From contig OZ025649.1 of NCBI GenBank assembly GCA_964019335.1, positions 372,001 through 436,000 on the forward strand: a stretch of 64,000 bases of DNA, in the 5' to 3' direction. Source of the DNA: Diplonema japonicum (taxonomy: Eukaryota > Protista > Euglenozoa: Diplonemea). Shown here piece by piece: positions 39,942 to 54,510 of the stretch. The notes beneath the pieces were generated by a model. The model did no database searches and had not been told where the DNA came from. It saw only the letters and a program-made list of their open reading frames with translations. The stretch's first letter is position 1, and each line of letters begins with the position of its first letter. A program made the translations under genes and the position numbers.

Positions 39942-41360
39942 ATGAGTAAACCTAGTACCAAAACGAACCTTCACCCGGAGTATGTATTTTATAAATGAAT
40001 ACCGCCACTTTCTTTTTATCTTTTTTGCAGCGTGTCCCGGGATATCGAAAAATTCATCACGTCAGTGAAGAGGCGCAAATCGCCATACAACTTGCAAGAG
40101 GTCACCCCCAACGAGCACGGTGAGGTAACGAACCTGGATGTTGCTAAGGACGCGGCTGAGATTTTGCGGAAGGTGCTCTCGAACGTGAAGGGGAAGGATG
40201 CGAACTTCCAGGTGATGATCCAACACATCAGGGAGGCCTGCAGGCGGATGAAGGCGGCCTACCCATACGGCCCACTTGTGAGCAACGTGACAAGGCGCGT
40301 GTTGTATATCTTGCGAGACGAGTATCAGATTACAAGAAAAGAGCAGAACACCGACTCCGAAACCACAGAGGAGCAGCACGAAGTGAAAACTGGGAGTTGT
40401 TCTGAAGAGAGCGTCGCAAGAACGTTCAACCCTGCGTTGGTACGGGACAACAAAAAGAAAAAGGAAAAAAAAAAAGAAAAAAAAACAGGATTCGCAGCTG
40501 ACATCTGTCCCTGGTCTCGATGTGGAGGACCACCGCGTCAACTTCTTCCAGTTCAAAAATAATATTATGGAGCATCTGACGAACAATTTCATGCAAGACT
40601 TCGACGATGTCTACATAAATATCCAAAAACAAGCTCCAGAGCATATCGCTGAAGGGTATGGAAACACGAAAAGGAAGAAAGAAAAAAAGGGAAAAAAAAA
40701 AAACTCACACACAGGGAGGTGATCCTCACCTACGGTTACTCTCAGACCGTTGAAAAATTTCTGGCTTTCGCGTCGAAAAAGCAAAAGCTGACGGTGGTCG
40801 TGTGCGAAGCCGCCCCTGAATGCAACGGACACGAGATGGCGAAGAAATTAACCCACCAAGGTAAATAAAAGACCACCCTCACCCTCACCAACCGTTCAAC
40901 AGGAATCGAAACGCTTCTCATCCCAGACGCGATGGCCTATGCCTACATGGGGAGGGTGAACAAAGTCATCATTGGAACATACTTGGTGGTGGCTAATGGG
41001 GGCTTGGTGGCACCTGCAGGGACTCATGCTGTGGCAGTCACAGCTCAAGTGCACAGAGTGCCTGTGATCGTGCTGGCAGCGATGATAAAGCTAACCCCCA
41101 CGTACCCTTCTACAACAGATTTGTGTGAGTTTGGCAGGCTGAGGAACCCCAGTGAGGTTCTGTCCTTTGGAGATGTTGCCGCGGCTTCGTGTGGCGACCC
41201 CTCTAAGTGGGTAAGCGTGCTTAACTCTTCCGTGGATTATGTTCCGCCTGAGCTTATTGCTCTTTTCGTTACCAACGACGACGTGGGACGGGCGTATGCC
41301 CCTTCGTACATTTACAGGCTCCTGCTTCAGTTGTACAACCCTGAGGATGACAGTCTTTGA
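39942..41360 (+). CDS. EIF2B2: Translation initiation factor eIF2B beta subunit
   Basis: NVTRRVLYILRDE, EHIAEGEVILTYGYSQTVEKFL, VCEAAP and MGRVNKVIIGT..VVANGG...KLTP...DYVPPELIALFVTN...PSYIYRLL. Introns 39980-40030, 40440-40488, 40656-40714 and 40861-40902 keep the frame. Confidence 0.92.
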
Positions 41361-41523
41361 ACAGACAAGTGCAAAAGAAAAGAAAGGGGGGGAACAAAAT
41401 CAAAAAAAAGAGTTTTTTTTTCCTTTTTTTTTTCCCCTTCACTCTCTTTGTTTCCCAATCAAAACAATCTAAGGGAGAGGGGGGAGGAAAGAAATAATGC
41501 AGGCTTACCTTTCGAGATGTGCC

Positions 41524-41561
<38 letters not shown>

Positions 41562-41778
41562 TGTTCGTTTCCCCGTTTTTTTTTTCTTCCATAGTGTGTT
41601 TTTCTTCTTCTTTTTATGCCCTCTCCCGCCCAGATGCCCTTTTTTTTTCAAAAAAGAAAAAAAAAAGAAAACAAAAAAAAAAAAAAAAAAAAAAAAGAAA
41701 CAAAAGTTGCAATCGTTAAAAAGATCATCGGTACTGAAGGAGAAAAAAAAAAAAGAAAAAAAAAAAACCTTTTAAGAA

Positions 41779-42591
41779 ATGCGGCCGTTACTGGTTTTCT
41801 TGTTAATGTGCTTTGCACCCCACAACGTAAGGGGCAAGGTGGTAGTGGCGATGAGGCACGGGGAGAGGTGGGATCACGTGCGTCCCGAGTGGGCAGCGAT
41901 GGCAAGCAGGCCCCACGACAGCCCGTTGAGCGTGCAGGGGTTCGAGGATGCGGAAAATCTCGGAAAACACCTGAAGGAGACGTTAAAAGGCCTTGAGGTC
42001 GTGGTGTACTCCTCACCGCTTGTGAGGTGCATTCAAACAGCTGATGCAACACTGCATGGAATGGGCTTCGACAGAGCACACCCACACACACCGTCGATTA
42101 ATGTTGACTCATGCCTTGCAGAGTCCGAGACTGCCATGCAAGCACGCTTAATGCGCACACATAAAGATTCGGTGCCCAGGGAAGAACATGTCCCTGAAGG
42201 TTCTCCGTACCCTGTGCTCCTCTCGCCGGGTGATCTTATTTCCGTTTCCCAGCTTGTTAACCTCACCTACACCCCTACCACTACTCTCACATATGACTCT
42301 GAAGGCTGGGAGACGCATGCTGGCACACGCACCTCCACTTCCGAGCGTCTTTCTCGATGCCTCACACCCCTCCTCTCAAACCCTTTCAACAACAACAAGG
42401 CTGTTCTCCTCTTCGCCCACGGGAAGACAGTCCGGCTCACCGTGCAGCGCTTGTCCGGTGTGATGCCATCCTCGGTGGCCTACACCCAAAGCTTCACCAT
42501 GAAGCCCGACACATCAGAGTGCACCGAAGACATGGTGCTCACCGAGTCATGGACTCCACCAAATGTCGGTGGCAGAATGTCTCAAACCTAG
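41779..42591 (+). CDS. Histidine phosphatase (phosphoglycerate mutase) family protein
   Basis: MRHGERWD, DSPLS, YSSPLVRCIQTA and LLFAHG. Hydrophobic N-terminus. Confidence 0.9.
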   Translation: MRPLLVFLLMCFAPHNVRGKVVVAMRHGERWDHVRPEWAAMASRPHDSPLSVQGFEDAENLGKHLKETLKGLEVVVYSSPLVRCIQTADATLHGMGFDRAHPHTPSINVDSCLAESETAMQARLMRTHKDSVPREEHVPEGSPYPVLLSPGDLISVSQLVNLTYTPTTTLTYDSEGWETHAGTRTSTSERLSRCLTPLLSNPFNNNKAVLLFAHGKTVRLTVQRLSGVMPSSVAYTQSFTMKPDTSECTEDMVLTESWTPPNVGGRMSQT

Positions 42592-42664
42592 AACCTAGAA
42601 CCCGCCCTTGGTAATGATACACAAAACCTTTTCACCCGCACAGCAGGACATGACAGGGGTATAG

Positions 42665-43372
42665 ATGGCGAAGGAAGACAGAGTACCGCTTATAGTGTAC
42701 TGCGTTGAGTCAGAACCCGAGGAAGATGTGAACGAGGAAGAGAAAGACAACCAGAAAAAGAAAGAAGAAGAAGGCAAACGGAAGCCAAGCGTGCTGCTGA
42801 GGGGAAGAGCAGCAAAGCTCAAACCGAAGGAGAAGACCGCTGTAGAGGACGGGGGCGGGTTGCTACTGAACGAATGCGGGAAATGTGGGAGGTATATGTT
42901 AGACATAGACGGCAACGGGGAAGCGCTGGCAGTGGTACCTGGGCCGTATGGGATAACGCCCATCAGCTGTCCTGGGTGCAGACAGACACATGCTGACTGG
43001 TCGATTGCCACACTGCTGGACGAGAGCGGCTCACAGAGAGAGACTATAAGGCAGGTGCCCCCTAAACATTCTAATTCTAGAAGCACCAACCGAACTTATG
43101 CCCCTGAGCCCACACTGCTCCAAGCTCTCCTCTGCGAGCGTGTTGCAACCAATGACGCTGACTCCCAACGTGCGGTCCAAGGCCACCGTCCCGCAAAGTG
43201 GACCCTCACACCTCACACATATGATGCGTGGTGTCGCCGCAAGGACAAATCCAGCCCGTGCGACTACACATGCACCAGCCACCATTATTACCACCCTCGT
43301 AGGATGATTTCTGTCCTCACAGAACGACACCACAAGCATGCCTTTCCAGCGTTGCTCAGGTCATTTTCATGA
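42665..43372 (+). CDS. Hypothetical protein with CxxC...CxxC zinc ribbon
   Basis: ECGKCG...SCPGC in a coding-like ORF. No family recognised. Confidence 0.55.
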   Translation: MAKEDRVPLIVYCVESEPEEDVNEEEKDNQKKKEEEGKRKPSVLLRGRAAKLKPKEKTAVEDGGGLLLNECGKCGRYMLDIDGNGEALAVVPGPYGITPISCPGCRQTHADWSIATLLDESGSQRETIRQVPPKHSNSRSTNRTYAPEPTLLQALLCERVATNDADSQRAVQGHRPAKWTLTPHTYDAWCRRKDKSSPCDYTCTSHHYYHPRRMISVLTERHHKHAFPALLRSFS

Positions 43373-43486
43373 TTCACCTTTCCTACTTATTTTCTGCAAA
43401 GCTTCACATCACAATCAGGAGGGAGAGAGGGCAGGCAGCGAGACGGGGGTGGTGCCCTCCCGCCGCCCATACACAAGTGAGACAAG

Positions 43487-46400
43487 ATGATGAATCTATT
43501 CTCGTTCAAAAAGAGCCCAGGGAAGGAGAAGAGAAAGAAGAGCGTTGCGAACCAGGAGCCCCCTGCAGAAGTTGTCGAAGAGGAGTTGGATGCAGAATGG
43601 ATGACAACACACGAAGTAGGCATTAAGTTGCAGGATGCGTGGGTTGACATACCGGGCAAGACGGAACATCAGGTGGGAGCACAGGTGGACATGGCTGTTG
43701 ATGCGCCTGTCCCAGTGTTGGATTGGGCGGTTGACAAGGAGAGCGGACCCGCATTTAGAGAGCAGTACATTGCTGCCTTGAAAGATTGGAAACCGAAACC
43801 TGACGACTGCACACTCCCGATCTGCTATCTGACCCATCTCTGCGATGCCCTCAGCTCCCTAGTTGACGCCCTCACGCGTGTCGACACATCTATGCCCCGG
43901 GGTCGCGCGCCCCACCAGTACCAAGCAGTGGTCATTACTCTCGAGTGCCTTGAGATAGCCTCAAGGTCCCCCCTTAACGTTCGCTTCATGGTGGACCGCG
44001 GTCTCCTCACAGACATATCGAAGCTTATTGAGGCCGTGGTCGCCGGGTTGTGGCCTCTGGCCCTTCCCCTTGCTTGTCTCCGAGGCTCAACAGTAGATTC
44101 GCCAGACGGCAGCCGGCTTGATGACAAGATGGCGCAGGTCATGCTCAGAATCGGTGTTCTCTCGCAGTGCATGAAGCTCGTCCACGCCACAGTGGTCACC
44201 CAACACGACGTGACTAACTTGAAACACCCCGATTCCGCACCCACAACATCACTAAGAAAACCGATGTCAAAAATAGAGTCTGCCGAAGCGTGCCTCCTGG
44301 GCAACCCGCCCCTTGCGAAGGTGCTCTCATGGTCCATTGTTATGCTTGTGACACATGTCGTACACGCAATTAACGGCGATGAATGTGCTGGGCTATTCAC
44401 GGCACTGTGGCAGATGCTTGATACCATGAAGGTAGTCGTGCGTCCTGTGGTGACAACAAAGCAGGGCGTCAACAAAGAGAGATTGAACCAGTTACTGGAG
44501 TCGGAGCTAATCCAGGCCCTCATTTCCTCTATCACGTGGCCTGTTGAGACGTCGTACAAGGTGAGCGATACTGACCAGCCTGTGAACGAGGAGTCCATGG
44601 GGTGTATCTACGACTCTTTCGAGCCCGCGAAATACGTACTGAACCAAGTGTCGGACGTGAGGCGGGATAGCTACTCGCTGCTGCAGCGCACGGCGTTAGA
44701 GATTGCTGTGTGCTTGCTAGACGATCACCCGGAGTCAGTGAGGAAGTTGCTTCCTTCAGGACTGATAGACGCATGTGCAGAGACAGCTACCTGGCACGTC
44801 ATCCATTACGACACAAAATCTTCACAAGAGGCCACAGTAAAGAAGATCGAGAGCCAGGGCCTGCTCGCACAGACGTACGTGATGCTGCCTGAGATAGACA
44901 ACGCAGACGAGTACGTGCATATTGAGGTGCCCAGTGAACTATCAGGCGTGGCGCCTGTGAGCAACCCTGACTACTTACTTATCGACGTCCTGGACAGACA
45001 GCCAGATCAGCTGCAGCACGTCCTTGAGCTGCTGAAGGAACTGTCCAATACAGCGTATGGCGTGCGGGAGTACGCAAACGAGCAGCTCATCAGGAAAATT
45101 GCAGCCAAAGAGCGATCTCTCGGTTTGCAGGGCAGGCGGCCATCGAACCTACCAGATGCTGGCGAGCTATTGGACGGAGCCGAAAGGCTTGAGCTTTTGT
45201 CGTTGGAAATGTTCTCCGGGATGTTCCCCCCTTCCACGCGCCCCCCTGCGCGGGAGAGGCCCCCGTCCGCAAACCTCGCCATTGCACTGAGAATGCAGCG
45301 AAACTACTTCCAACTTCAGCTGTTCTCGTTGTCAGCACTGATAGCTTTCATCATCGAATATGCGACCAGCTCCAAAGGCCACCACGACCCTATGCGGTCC
45401 AAAATAGAGCACAGAGGTCTTGAGGCGCTGAACGCACAGGGAATTCACCGTGTGCTCCTCGAGAGCGACATGTTCTACTTGTCTTGCTTTGATTTTCTCT
45501 CCCGCACCAAAACACTCCGAGAACCCCTGCGGCCTGTCTGGGAACTTCCAGACGGTGCAGACTCGAAAACCCTTCGAGTACTGGTTAGAAATCTGTGTAA
45601 GCACATCTTTCACTCCCTGATGTCTCAGAAGGGTAAGGATATTAGGCCGGACCTTGTGGCTCTGCTAGAAATGATGAAGAAGTTCCGGTACTCCTGCGAA
45701 ATTGTGCTGGACATGGGTGCAGTGCTGTTGGAAGTCTGCAGGAACCAGAAGGAACTTCTAGATGACAGTCAAACACTGGGCATGTTGGTGGACATATTGG
45801 GGCAGGCTTTCCACAGTCAGCACGAAGTGGTGTGCTCACTGAAAGGCAATAGTTTCATCTCGCACACTCCTATGCCTGGTATGCCTGCTATGCTCAACAT
45901 GCCAAGCATGAACCTGGGCAAGCCCGCAATGTCGGCGCGTTCGCCTCCCAGTCCTAGCACACCCGTCTTTACATCGAAGGTGTCTAACTCTTCTTTGAAC
46001 CGTCGAGCAAAATCATTCTGCAACTCTCCCTTACAAGAAAAAACACCTCCTTTCCCTTCGCCGATGTCCACGCCCCCCACCGGCCCGTTGCAGGTTCCCG
46101 ACAAGCGTCTTCTCCTTGCAAAGAGGAACAAGGGTAATTCACCGCAGTTTCAAAGGGCGATGGCTTCATCTTCTTCGAGGAACTTGTCCTCCTCATCGCC
46201 ACCGATGTACATGTCGTCACCCCCCACGCCGACCCTCGCAATGCCCATCAAGACGCGCGCTAAGGCGAAGACCATAGTCCTCATGTCACCGAAGTCACCT
46301 GCACTAGCATGCGGGCCTTCCCCGTTCACTGACTACCGTTCCATGCACTCGGTGCTTGATGTCCCGCCTGGGGTGACTGAGGACGACCTCCCAAGCTACT

Positions 46401-49400
46401 TCGCTGCTCGAAACGTTATCCTCAATATCTTTGATTCTCTCAACACCATCCCTTTAGTCCGCAACTGCATGCTGTTGAATGGACCCTCGGTGCACCTCAC
46501 CTGCCTGTCCGAGCGATCCCTTCGTCTCTACGGTGTTAAGCAACTCTCACACCTACTCAAAACCACTGGGGAAGGGGTTTCTGATGGCGACAAACTGGGT
46601 GCAATCCTCAGGCCTACTGTTATGGAGCTTATTAAGAAGCTGACGAACGCACCAAGCGGGCTGATCCTGACCATATTGATGTTGCTGCAGGAAGTCCTGA
46701 ACTGGCTCGAGAAGGAAGAAATGGAGCAGCTGTTGGACCCGAATGGGAAGCCCAACGGAGCAGGGCTTAGAAGAAAGGTTATACAGAATTTAGACGAGAA
46801 CAATTACTGCAAACTTGTCACGGTGCTAACGACGCCGTGTAGTGATGGAGCAGACCCATATCAGCTGGGGGTTGCTGTGCTAGACACTGTGGCGTGCTTG
46901 CTGAAAGGGAATCCCAAAGCTAAAGCCCTTTTCGAGCAAGAAGTTGGGTGGATGACATTGGGCGACGCAATCCTCGAGTGCATGGACCACAATCCTAGCC
47001 AGAGCATGTTTGACCAGTTGCTCAACGTCCTTGTTGATGGCGAGGAAAGTGTCACCATCGAGAACGAAGGCCTCCTCCCTGTCATCTTGCACTGGTGCAC
47101 CCTTGACATTTTCTGCACCAACACTACCCTCATCCTCGATCTCACGAAGAAGCTGAAAACCATCTTGTCGTTCTCGACCCACAACCTCGAACGTGCTTCG
47201 CGAGTCGGTATCCTTGAAATCCTCGTCGACATGCTTGTCAGATGGGAAGATCGTGAAATCAGAGCGCAGCTCATCGAATGCTACCACCGTGTAGGGAAGC
47301 ACTGCATCACTGTGAAACAGTTGAAACCGTTGTTCACAGCGCTAAGGGACCAGCAGGGACGAGAGCGTATGCTGCTGCTGCCGTGGGTGATAAGGATTCT
47401 GAGGAATCTTGCACAAACAACACAAGCTCAAAGTGATAGGGATAGGAGAAAATCGTCGGTTGATGAAGGCATCATGACTGGGGGTTCGGGTTCAACAGGT
47501 GAGAACAGTAAGAACGCTAGCTCAGCACCGACGAAGGCACCGCCTGCTTTCTTCGACTTCAGCGGGGTGCACTCCGGCTTGAAGCTCCCTGACCTCTCAT
47601 CGTACCCCTCCTCCAACGGGTACTCCATTTCTATGTGGATAAGGATTGAGTCCCAGCGACCGCCCTGCCTCGCCGGCCTGTCCGATCTTGAGAGCTACAA
47701 ACCACACTTGTATTCATTCCAGACGGAAGATGGATCTGACCTGTTGGCTTTCTTCGAGATGGATAGACTGTGCTTCACTGTGCAGCATCACGGCGAGAAT
47801 CCCTCTACAGCCGTTATAGACACTGTGGCCTTTATGCCCAAAAGATGGTATCACTTGTACGTATCTCACTCTTGTGGGAAGCGCATCATCAGTAGGGCGG
47901 AGGTGAAGGTGTATGTTGATGGTGTTGAGAAGTGGCGGGGGCCCCTGAAGTACCCGAGGAACAACGTGTTGTACACGTCATGCATAGGGACAAACATGAA
48001 GGGTTACAGACAGGAAACGTTGCTGAACAACTTCTACGGCCAGGTGTGCTGCGTGTACTTTATAGATGGTGCGGTGTCCTCGGCGGTAGTGGGTGCAATA
48101 CACGGCTTGGGGCCTGCGTACCAGTCGAACTTCGCGCCTGCTGACCGTGACAAGATAGTGTCAACGCTCGGCCTAGCTGACACTGCGAAGGCACTCTTCA
48201 ACGAGTTCCACTCATCAAAGATCTACATGCTGTACAACCCGCTAGCGTCGCAGGGTGGTATGCTCGTCAACGTTGCGGGCCTCAACCAGATGGACGAGAT
48301 AGGGGAGAAAACTGACCTTTCTGAGAAGCAGCAGGATTTAGTCCTAGCTGCTGTGCTTCCTGGGACTCAATTGTGTTTGACGCAAGCTTTAAGGCAGGTC
48401 TTAGGGTCCATGGGTGGGCTCATGGTCCTCTTCCCGCTTGTTGCATTGCTGGGCGAGCATCGTTCTGCTTTGATACCAGATGAGCCTGTTCAGCAAACGG
48501 CACAGCTCAGCACCTCTATCGTGCCTTTCCTCGTTTCAAACCTTCTATCCCTCTTCCATGATCTCTTCAAAACCCACCCGCTCTTCATCTGCGAGATCCG
48601 TGACAACAAACTGTACCACGTGCTGAACATGCTGCTGAAGCCAATCGCGCCCTTCCTCGACAAATCGAACATCGAGCGTATCAATCTGATGATTTATAAA
48701 GTTTGGAACGAAGAGACCTGGAAGGAAGGTGTGCAGTACTTGTTGCTGGACCTGAGCATCTGGGTGCAGACGCCTGCCACCATACAGCAGGACTTGTTCA
48801 TTACAGTGTACTCGAAGCTAGCAAAGGCAGCCTCTATGCAGGCAGGGTCTGCTGGAAAATGGTTTGTCTCCATGCGGCCGTTCGGGCTCATTCTCGACCA
48901 GCTGACGTGGTTTTTGTACTATAACGAACCCCCGACTCCTGTTGACTCGAAAGACTTGAAAGATAAAGATATGCGTGAGAGGATGCACGGGAAGCGCGGT
49001 TTGACTGACCGTGCTCAAATCCGCGCAGTCCGGAAGGAGGCCCTTGAGTCCGCCTTCCTGCTGCTCTGCGAGTGTTCTTCCGACGACGTTGCTGCTTTGT
49101 GTGCAAATTTCATGAACCCCCTGAACGACCACCACCAGCTGGAAGACCTTGTTGAGTTTCTTGTCGACCTGCTTGAGAGGAAGCGCGACACACTCATAGA
49201 GCCGCTTTTCAAATACAAAGGCCTCGATATCCTGTTGCACCTCATGACCATGGGGTCCAGTGCACTGCGACAAGGCTGCGTGTCGTGCCTAGGCGTGATG
49301 GTTCAACACAGCAAAAAGGTGAGCGAATACCTCTGCTGCTCCAAACCATACGGACTTGCAACGGTGGCAGAGAACCTTGGGAACTACTCATTCGACATCC

Positions 49401-52400
49401 AGACGTACAAGGTACTCCGGGATGCCATGCTGTTTACTGTGCACAAACCGCAGAAGGGGCTGCGAACGGCAGCAGAACAGCAGTGCAAACCGCTGTCGAG
49501 CGAGCGTGGGAAAGATGCAATTGAACTGCCAGCTGCCATCGTGACGATCATGAAGCTGGCGATTGGTGCGTCAATGGAAATCAAGGAGATGGTAGCGCAG
49601 GACGTTGATACGCTGATCGGACCCGAGAACTGCAGGATCCTGTGCGACATGGCATGGCCGCTGCTGGCGGCGGACCTGCTAGCCTCCCTGCCGTATGATG
49701 ACCCGGAACTCACTGACCGCGTGGAAGCCACCAAAGCCACCTTGCTGAAGGTTACATCGGAAGTGCTGTTTGACGCAATGATGCAAGCAAGTGGCTGGAA
49801 GATGCTCGACGGCTTCATCAACGCCATCTACGAGAAGGACAAGCTGTGCACGTACAAGGTCCTCGAGGGAGTCTTCACCCAGATATGCGACCTGTACCTC
49901 GACGCTACTGCTAAAGGAAAGGTGACGCAGCCCTCAGAAAGGGACAAAGAACGGGTGCCATCCATCGTCAACTCCGTCTACTTCGCTATCTTCATTGAAG
50001 ATCTTCTATGCTTCCACCCTACTATCAGCAGTTGCCTGAAGACGATGCGGTTTGGATTGGGTGCTCAGCCCGTCCAGGGACTGAAGACGGAAGAGAACGA
50101 CATGGAATGGGTGGAGGTGACGGAAGATGGCGACAAAGCCGAAAGCAGCCTATCCAGTACAACCGGGTCACCAGTTACCGTGGGGAAGATCGTCAAAACG
50201 GAGTCTCTGGAGTCCCTTTCGGCAATTCAGAGGAAGGGCTACCACGAGGCAGCCGAGTTGCAAGCAGACCAAAAGACCACTGCGTGGTCGGGTTGGCATC
50301 TTGCTCTCAAATGCTTATCCTTGCTGTTCACTCTCGGGTTGTACAAGACGCACGAGTTCACAAAGGAAGTGGACACCGTCTTTACGTATGCCAGCGCGCA
50401 GCAAAGCGTGTCTAGGACCACCACGTTCCTCACAAGACCAGGTGGCCTGACAAGGCTCTGCACGAGGTTTATCAGGCTGTGCCTTGCATACCAGCCTGTA
50501 ACCCCTGGGAACGCATTACCCACTCCGCCTTCTCGGAAAGATCTTCTGCTCCTTTTGTCCTTTGTGAAATCCATCATAGCATTAGACAAGATGTCCGACA
50601 GGGATAGGGAGAGGTTTGAGGAGCTCCTCACTAGTGACGGCAGGACACGCCTCGCTCAGGAATCACGCAGCAGGACCTTGACCCTGCTGAACTCTGTGGC
50701 ATGCCACGTGACGAAACTGCGGCAGCGCAACAGGACGTCAGAAATCGCGAACGACTCCGCGTCGCAGCTGGAGTGCTTGAACTGCATTAAATTCATATTT
50801 GCCGAGCGACAAAAACTGCTGGACAATGAGCTTGTGGAAGGGAGCCCAAGACAGCGAAAGTCACTTGAGTGGGTGCTGTGGATCAGGACGAACAAGCACA
50901 GCGAGGAGGACTTGGCTAAATTCGACGATTTGGTGCTCCAAAAGGGCTGGCAATCCTTGCATATGATCATGCTCCCCGTTTCCGACACCTTATGCCAGGA
51001 GGTAGGGGATCTGTGGATGGACATCGCGCAGAGGAGGAGGAAGACCGCGTCCCAGGAACAACGGGAGCTGTTCAAGCAGAACGAGGAAACAAAAAGACAT
51101 GTCCTGCGGACAGGGTCGAAGCCACCCATGGCACCAAAGTGCGAATACACCGCAACGTATAAAGACCTGCAGAGGACCAGTGAAAAATATTGGAAGCAGC
51201 TGCTATCGACGGTAACGAACGACAGGGGCACCTGGGCGCTGCAGCCAAAGACACGATTCGTGAGGAGATCTGTGCAAGAAGTTGGGGGTGTCAATTGCAG
51301 AATACGGCCGAAATTGGTGCACGACCCTAAACTGACGGACCATGCCAACATTACAACGCAGAAAGATATCAATCAGGTGCACGACATGACAGATAAGGCC
51401 GTCAAGATCAACCACCATGAGGTGGGGAGCGGCAATGAAGACGACGACGCAGCAGAGACGTGCGAGGAGGACGACAAGGACATCCCACCGCCGCCTAGCA
51501 AGTCAGGATGGAAGTTCAACTGCGAGGTGATCTGGCTGATGCAAGGATGGTCAGGCAGCTTCCAGATTATCCCCGAGCAGGCGATCAGGTGCCTGTGGGT
51601 GTTGATCGACGAGGCCAACACCTCCATCGTGCAGGCCATGAACCCTGCCTCTGAGCACCTGGTAGAGAAGCCCAAGGACGACAAGTTCTTGATCGACACT
51701 CTGAAAAACATGGTGATGCGCAGGTACCGCATGCAGATGACGGCCATCGAGTTCTACTTCGTCGACGGCTCGTCGCTGCTGCTGAACTTCGAAAAGAAGG
51801 AAGACGTGCATCAGATCTTCAAAGTCATTCTCCACAAGATAAACCCCAAAGCGAAGAACCTTCGCACCACTGAGATCCCCAAGAGCCCTGTTTCGAGTTT
51901 CAAGAAGTCGCGCCTAACGGAAAAGTGGGTGAAGCGGGAGATCTCAAACTTCGAGTACCTGATGGGGCTGAACCACTATGCGTCGCGAACGGTGAATGAT
52001 CTGACGCAGTACCCTGTCATGCCGTGGATACTGTGCGATTATCACTCGAAAGAGATCAACTTGGAGAATGAGGCTATTTACAGAGACTTGTCGCAGCCGT
52101 TGGGGTGCCTCGGCGGTGATGCCAGGAAGTCCACCGAGCGCACGCAGGAAACGATCACCAAGTACGACTCACTGGAGTCCATCGGCATGACGCCCTTCCA
52201 CTTCGGATCGCACTACTCGAACTCGGGGTTCACGCTGTTCTACCTGCTGCGCCTTGAGCCGTACACAACAGCGGGCATCATCCTGCAGGGTGCTAAGTTT
52301 GACCATGCAGACAGGCTTTTTGACTCTCTAGCACAGACGTGGTATGGTGTGACACATTCGGCAGCTGACGTGAAGGAGCTCATCCCCGAGTTTTTCTACC

Positions 52401-53966
52401 AGCCGGAGATCTTCGTTAACAATAACAACATCAAGTTCGGCGTGCGGCAGGACGGCAGAGAGCTCGACCAGGTGGAGCTCCCTCCGTGGTGCACAGACGC
52501 ACACGACTTTGTGCGCATCCACCGCGAAGCCCTCGAGTCCGAGTATGTCTCTGCCCATCTGCATGAGTGGATCGACCTTATCTTCGGCTGCAAGCAGTAC
52601 GGCCCTGATGCGGTGGAGGCAGCGAACACGTACCACCCTTACAGCTACGAGCAGTGCGTGTCGGACATCAACTTCAGCGAAGAAGAAGAGCACACCAAGC
52701 AGCGCATCATATCGCACATCGACAATTTCGGGCAATCCCCCATTCAGCTGTTCAGGAAACGGCACCCACCCAGAAGCCCAATCTTGCATATCTACCAACC
52801 GTTCAAGAGTAGGCCTGTGTTCATGACCCCGCAGGGTGTCGTGCACAGGGTGTTGCAGGGCAAGGCTATTGTCAAGCTGTGTCTTGCGAGCGGTGAACGC
52901 CTCGTGGCGATCGGCGACAATGGTGTGGTGGCCATACATAGTTTCCGCACGCTGGGTGCACTTGAGGGGGGGCACCACATGTCCGCCCCGAGCCAGGCGT
53001 CGACTCCATCGCCTGCGACACCTGCGACACTCGAGAGGAGCAGCACAGGACCGAGCTTCCGCTCGTCGCCGATGATGGCACCCCTTTCCTTGGACCCTAA
53101 GCTGTTGGGTGAGCGGGTGGGTGCAAGCATTATATCGCCAAGCATGCAGACAAACCCAGGCACACCGTCGTTGGGCCGGAGGAAGCCGGGCTTTGAGAGG
53201 AAGAAGTTGTTTTCATTTGAAGCGAACTCGTCGTTCCAGTCGCGTGCTGTGCAGGCAGGGATGAAGAAGTGCCCTGTGACGGAGTACTCGTATGTGTTCA
53301 CGTCTCTGCCGGACAGGGAGCTGCTGTTCTCGTCGGGGCTGTGGAACAATTCAGCGACCATTTCGGAGCTGGTGGCGGCGAACACGAACCCTTACGTGCA
53401 GCAGTCGCTGTTCGGGCACAACGATGTGGTGACATGCCTGGCGGTGGACTCGGCAAACACGCTTCTGGTGACAGGCTCGAAGGACACAACGCTGCTCCTG
53501 TGGACAATCAGGTTGAGATCTTTCCCGCTAGCAGTGTTGAAGGCAACGCTAGTAGGCCACGATGACAGAGTACTGTGTGTCGCAATCAACTCAGACTTAG
53601 ATGTCATAGCATCAGGGGGAGCGGACGGGGTGGCCGTCCTGCATGATTGTCAAGGAAAGTACGAGCGCACACTGCGCCACCCAAGGGGGGTATGTTGCTC
53701 TTTTGGAACAAAAAAAAAAAAGAAAAACGAAACAAAACAGGGCTCCGTGAACCTTGTTGCCATCACTGATCATGGCACAGTCATCTTTTTCTCCAATGAT
53801 GACTACTTCCTTTACCTATTCTCCATCAATGGTGCTATTCTTGCTTGTGTAGATGCCACAGTGAAGCTGCACTGCTTGACCCTAACCAAGGATTCACGGT
53901 GCCTCGTTACTGGTGGTGAACTGCGACAGAACTCCTCTGTGTTCTTACGTTCCACTGCTGAGTATG

Positions 53967-53998
<32 letters not shown>

Positions 53999-54189
53999 CT
54001 TTTTATACTTTAAAGTTTATCGTTGATCCATAAGTTCCCAAGTGCTTCGGCTTCACCTGTAAGGAGTATTGCCATCCACAAGGATGAGCAGGTGTGTACC
54101 TGTTTTACAAGAAAAAAAAGAAAATCTTTTCTTCCTAGGTAATGGCCGCAGGATTCGAGGATGGGTGTATTGTGTTCTATTCCGCTTAA
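43487..54189 (+). CDS. BEACH-domain protein (neurobeachin/LRBA-like: ARM, ConA/LamG, PH, BEACH, WD40)
   Basis: GYSISMWIRIE (ConA), RRYRMQMTAIEFY (PH), WVKREISNFEYLM...QYPVMPW...GSHYS...DVKELIPEFF...WIDLIFG...FGQSP (BEACH), then WD40 repeats. Introns 53690-53740, 53962-54015 and 54092-54138 give a stop at 54187-54189. Confidence 0.95.
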
Positions 54190-54510
54190 AGGGGACGAAG
54201 AGGTTGGAGAGTCCTTTTATTTCTTCTTTCTTTTTTTTTTCGGGGAGGGAAGGGGAAAAAGTGATCACCCCCCCCGTCTTCATTTTTTTTTCTCCTCTTT
54301 TTTCTTTGTCTTCTTCTCCAGTTCGTTGTGAACCTGTGAAACGTGGGGGGGGGGATACTAAAGTATACGTAAGTGAAAGATTTTTGGGTATGTGCGAATA
54401 AAATATGATGGAAAAAAAAAAGAGAAAAAAAAAAAAAACAAACGAGAGCAGAAAGAAGAAAAAAAAAATATAATGCAATTGACCTTTTTTTTCCCCTTTC
54501 TTTTTCTGGT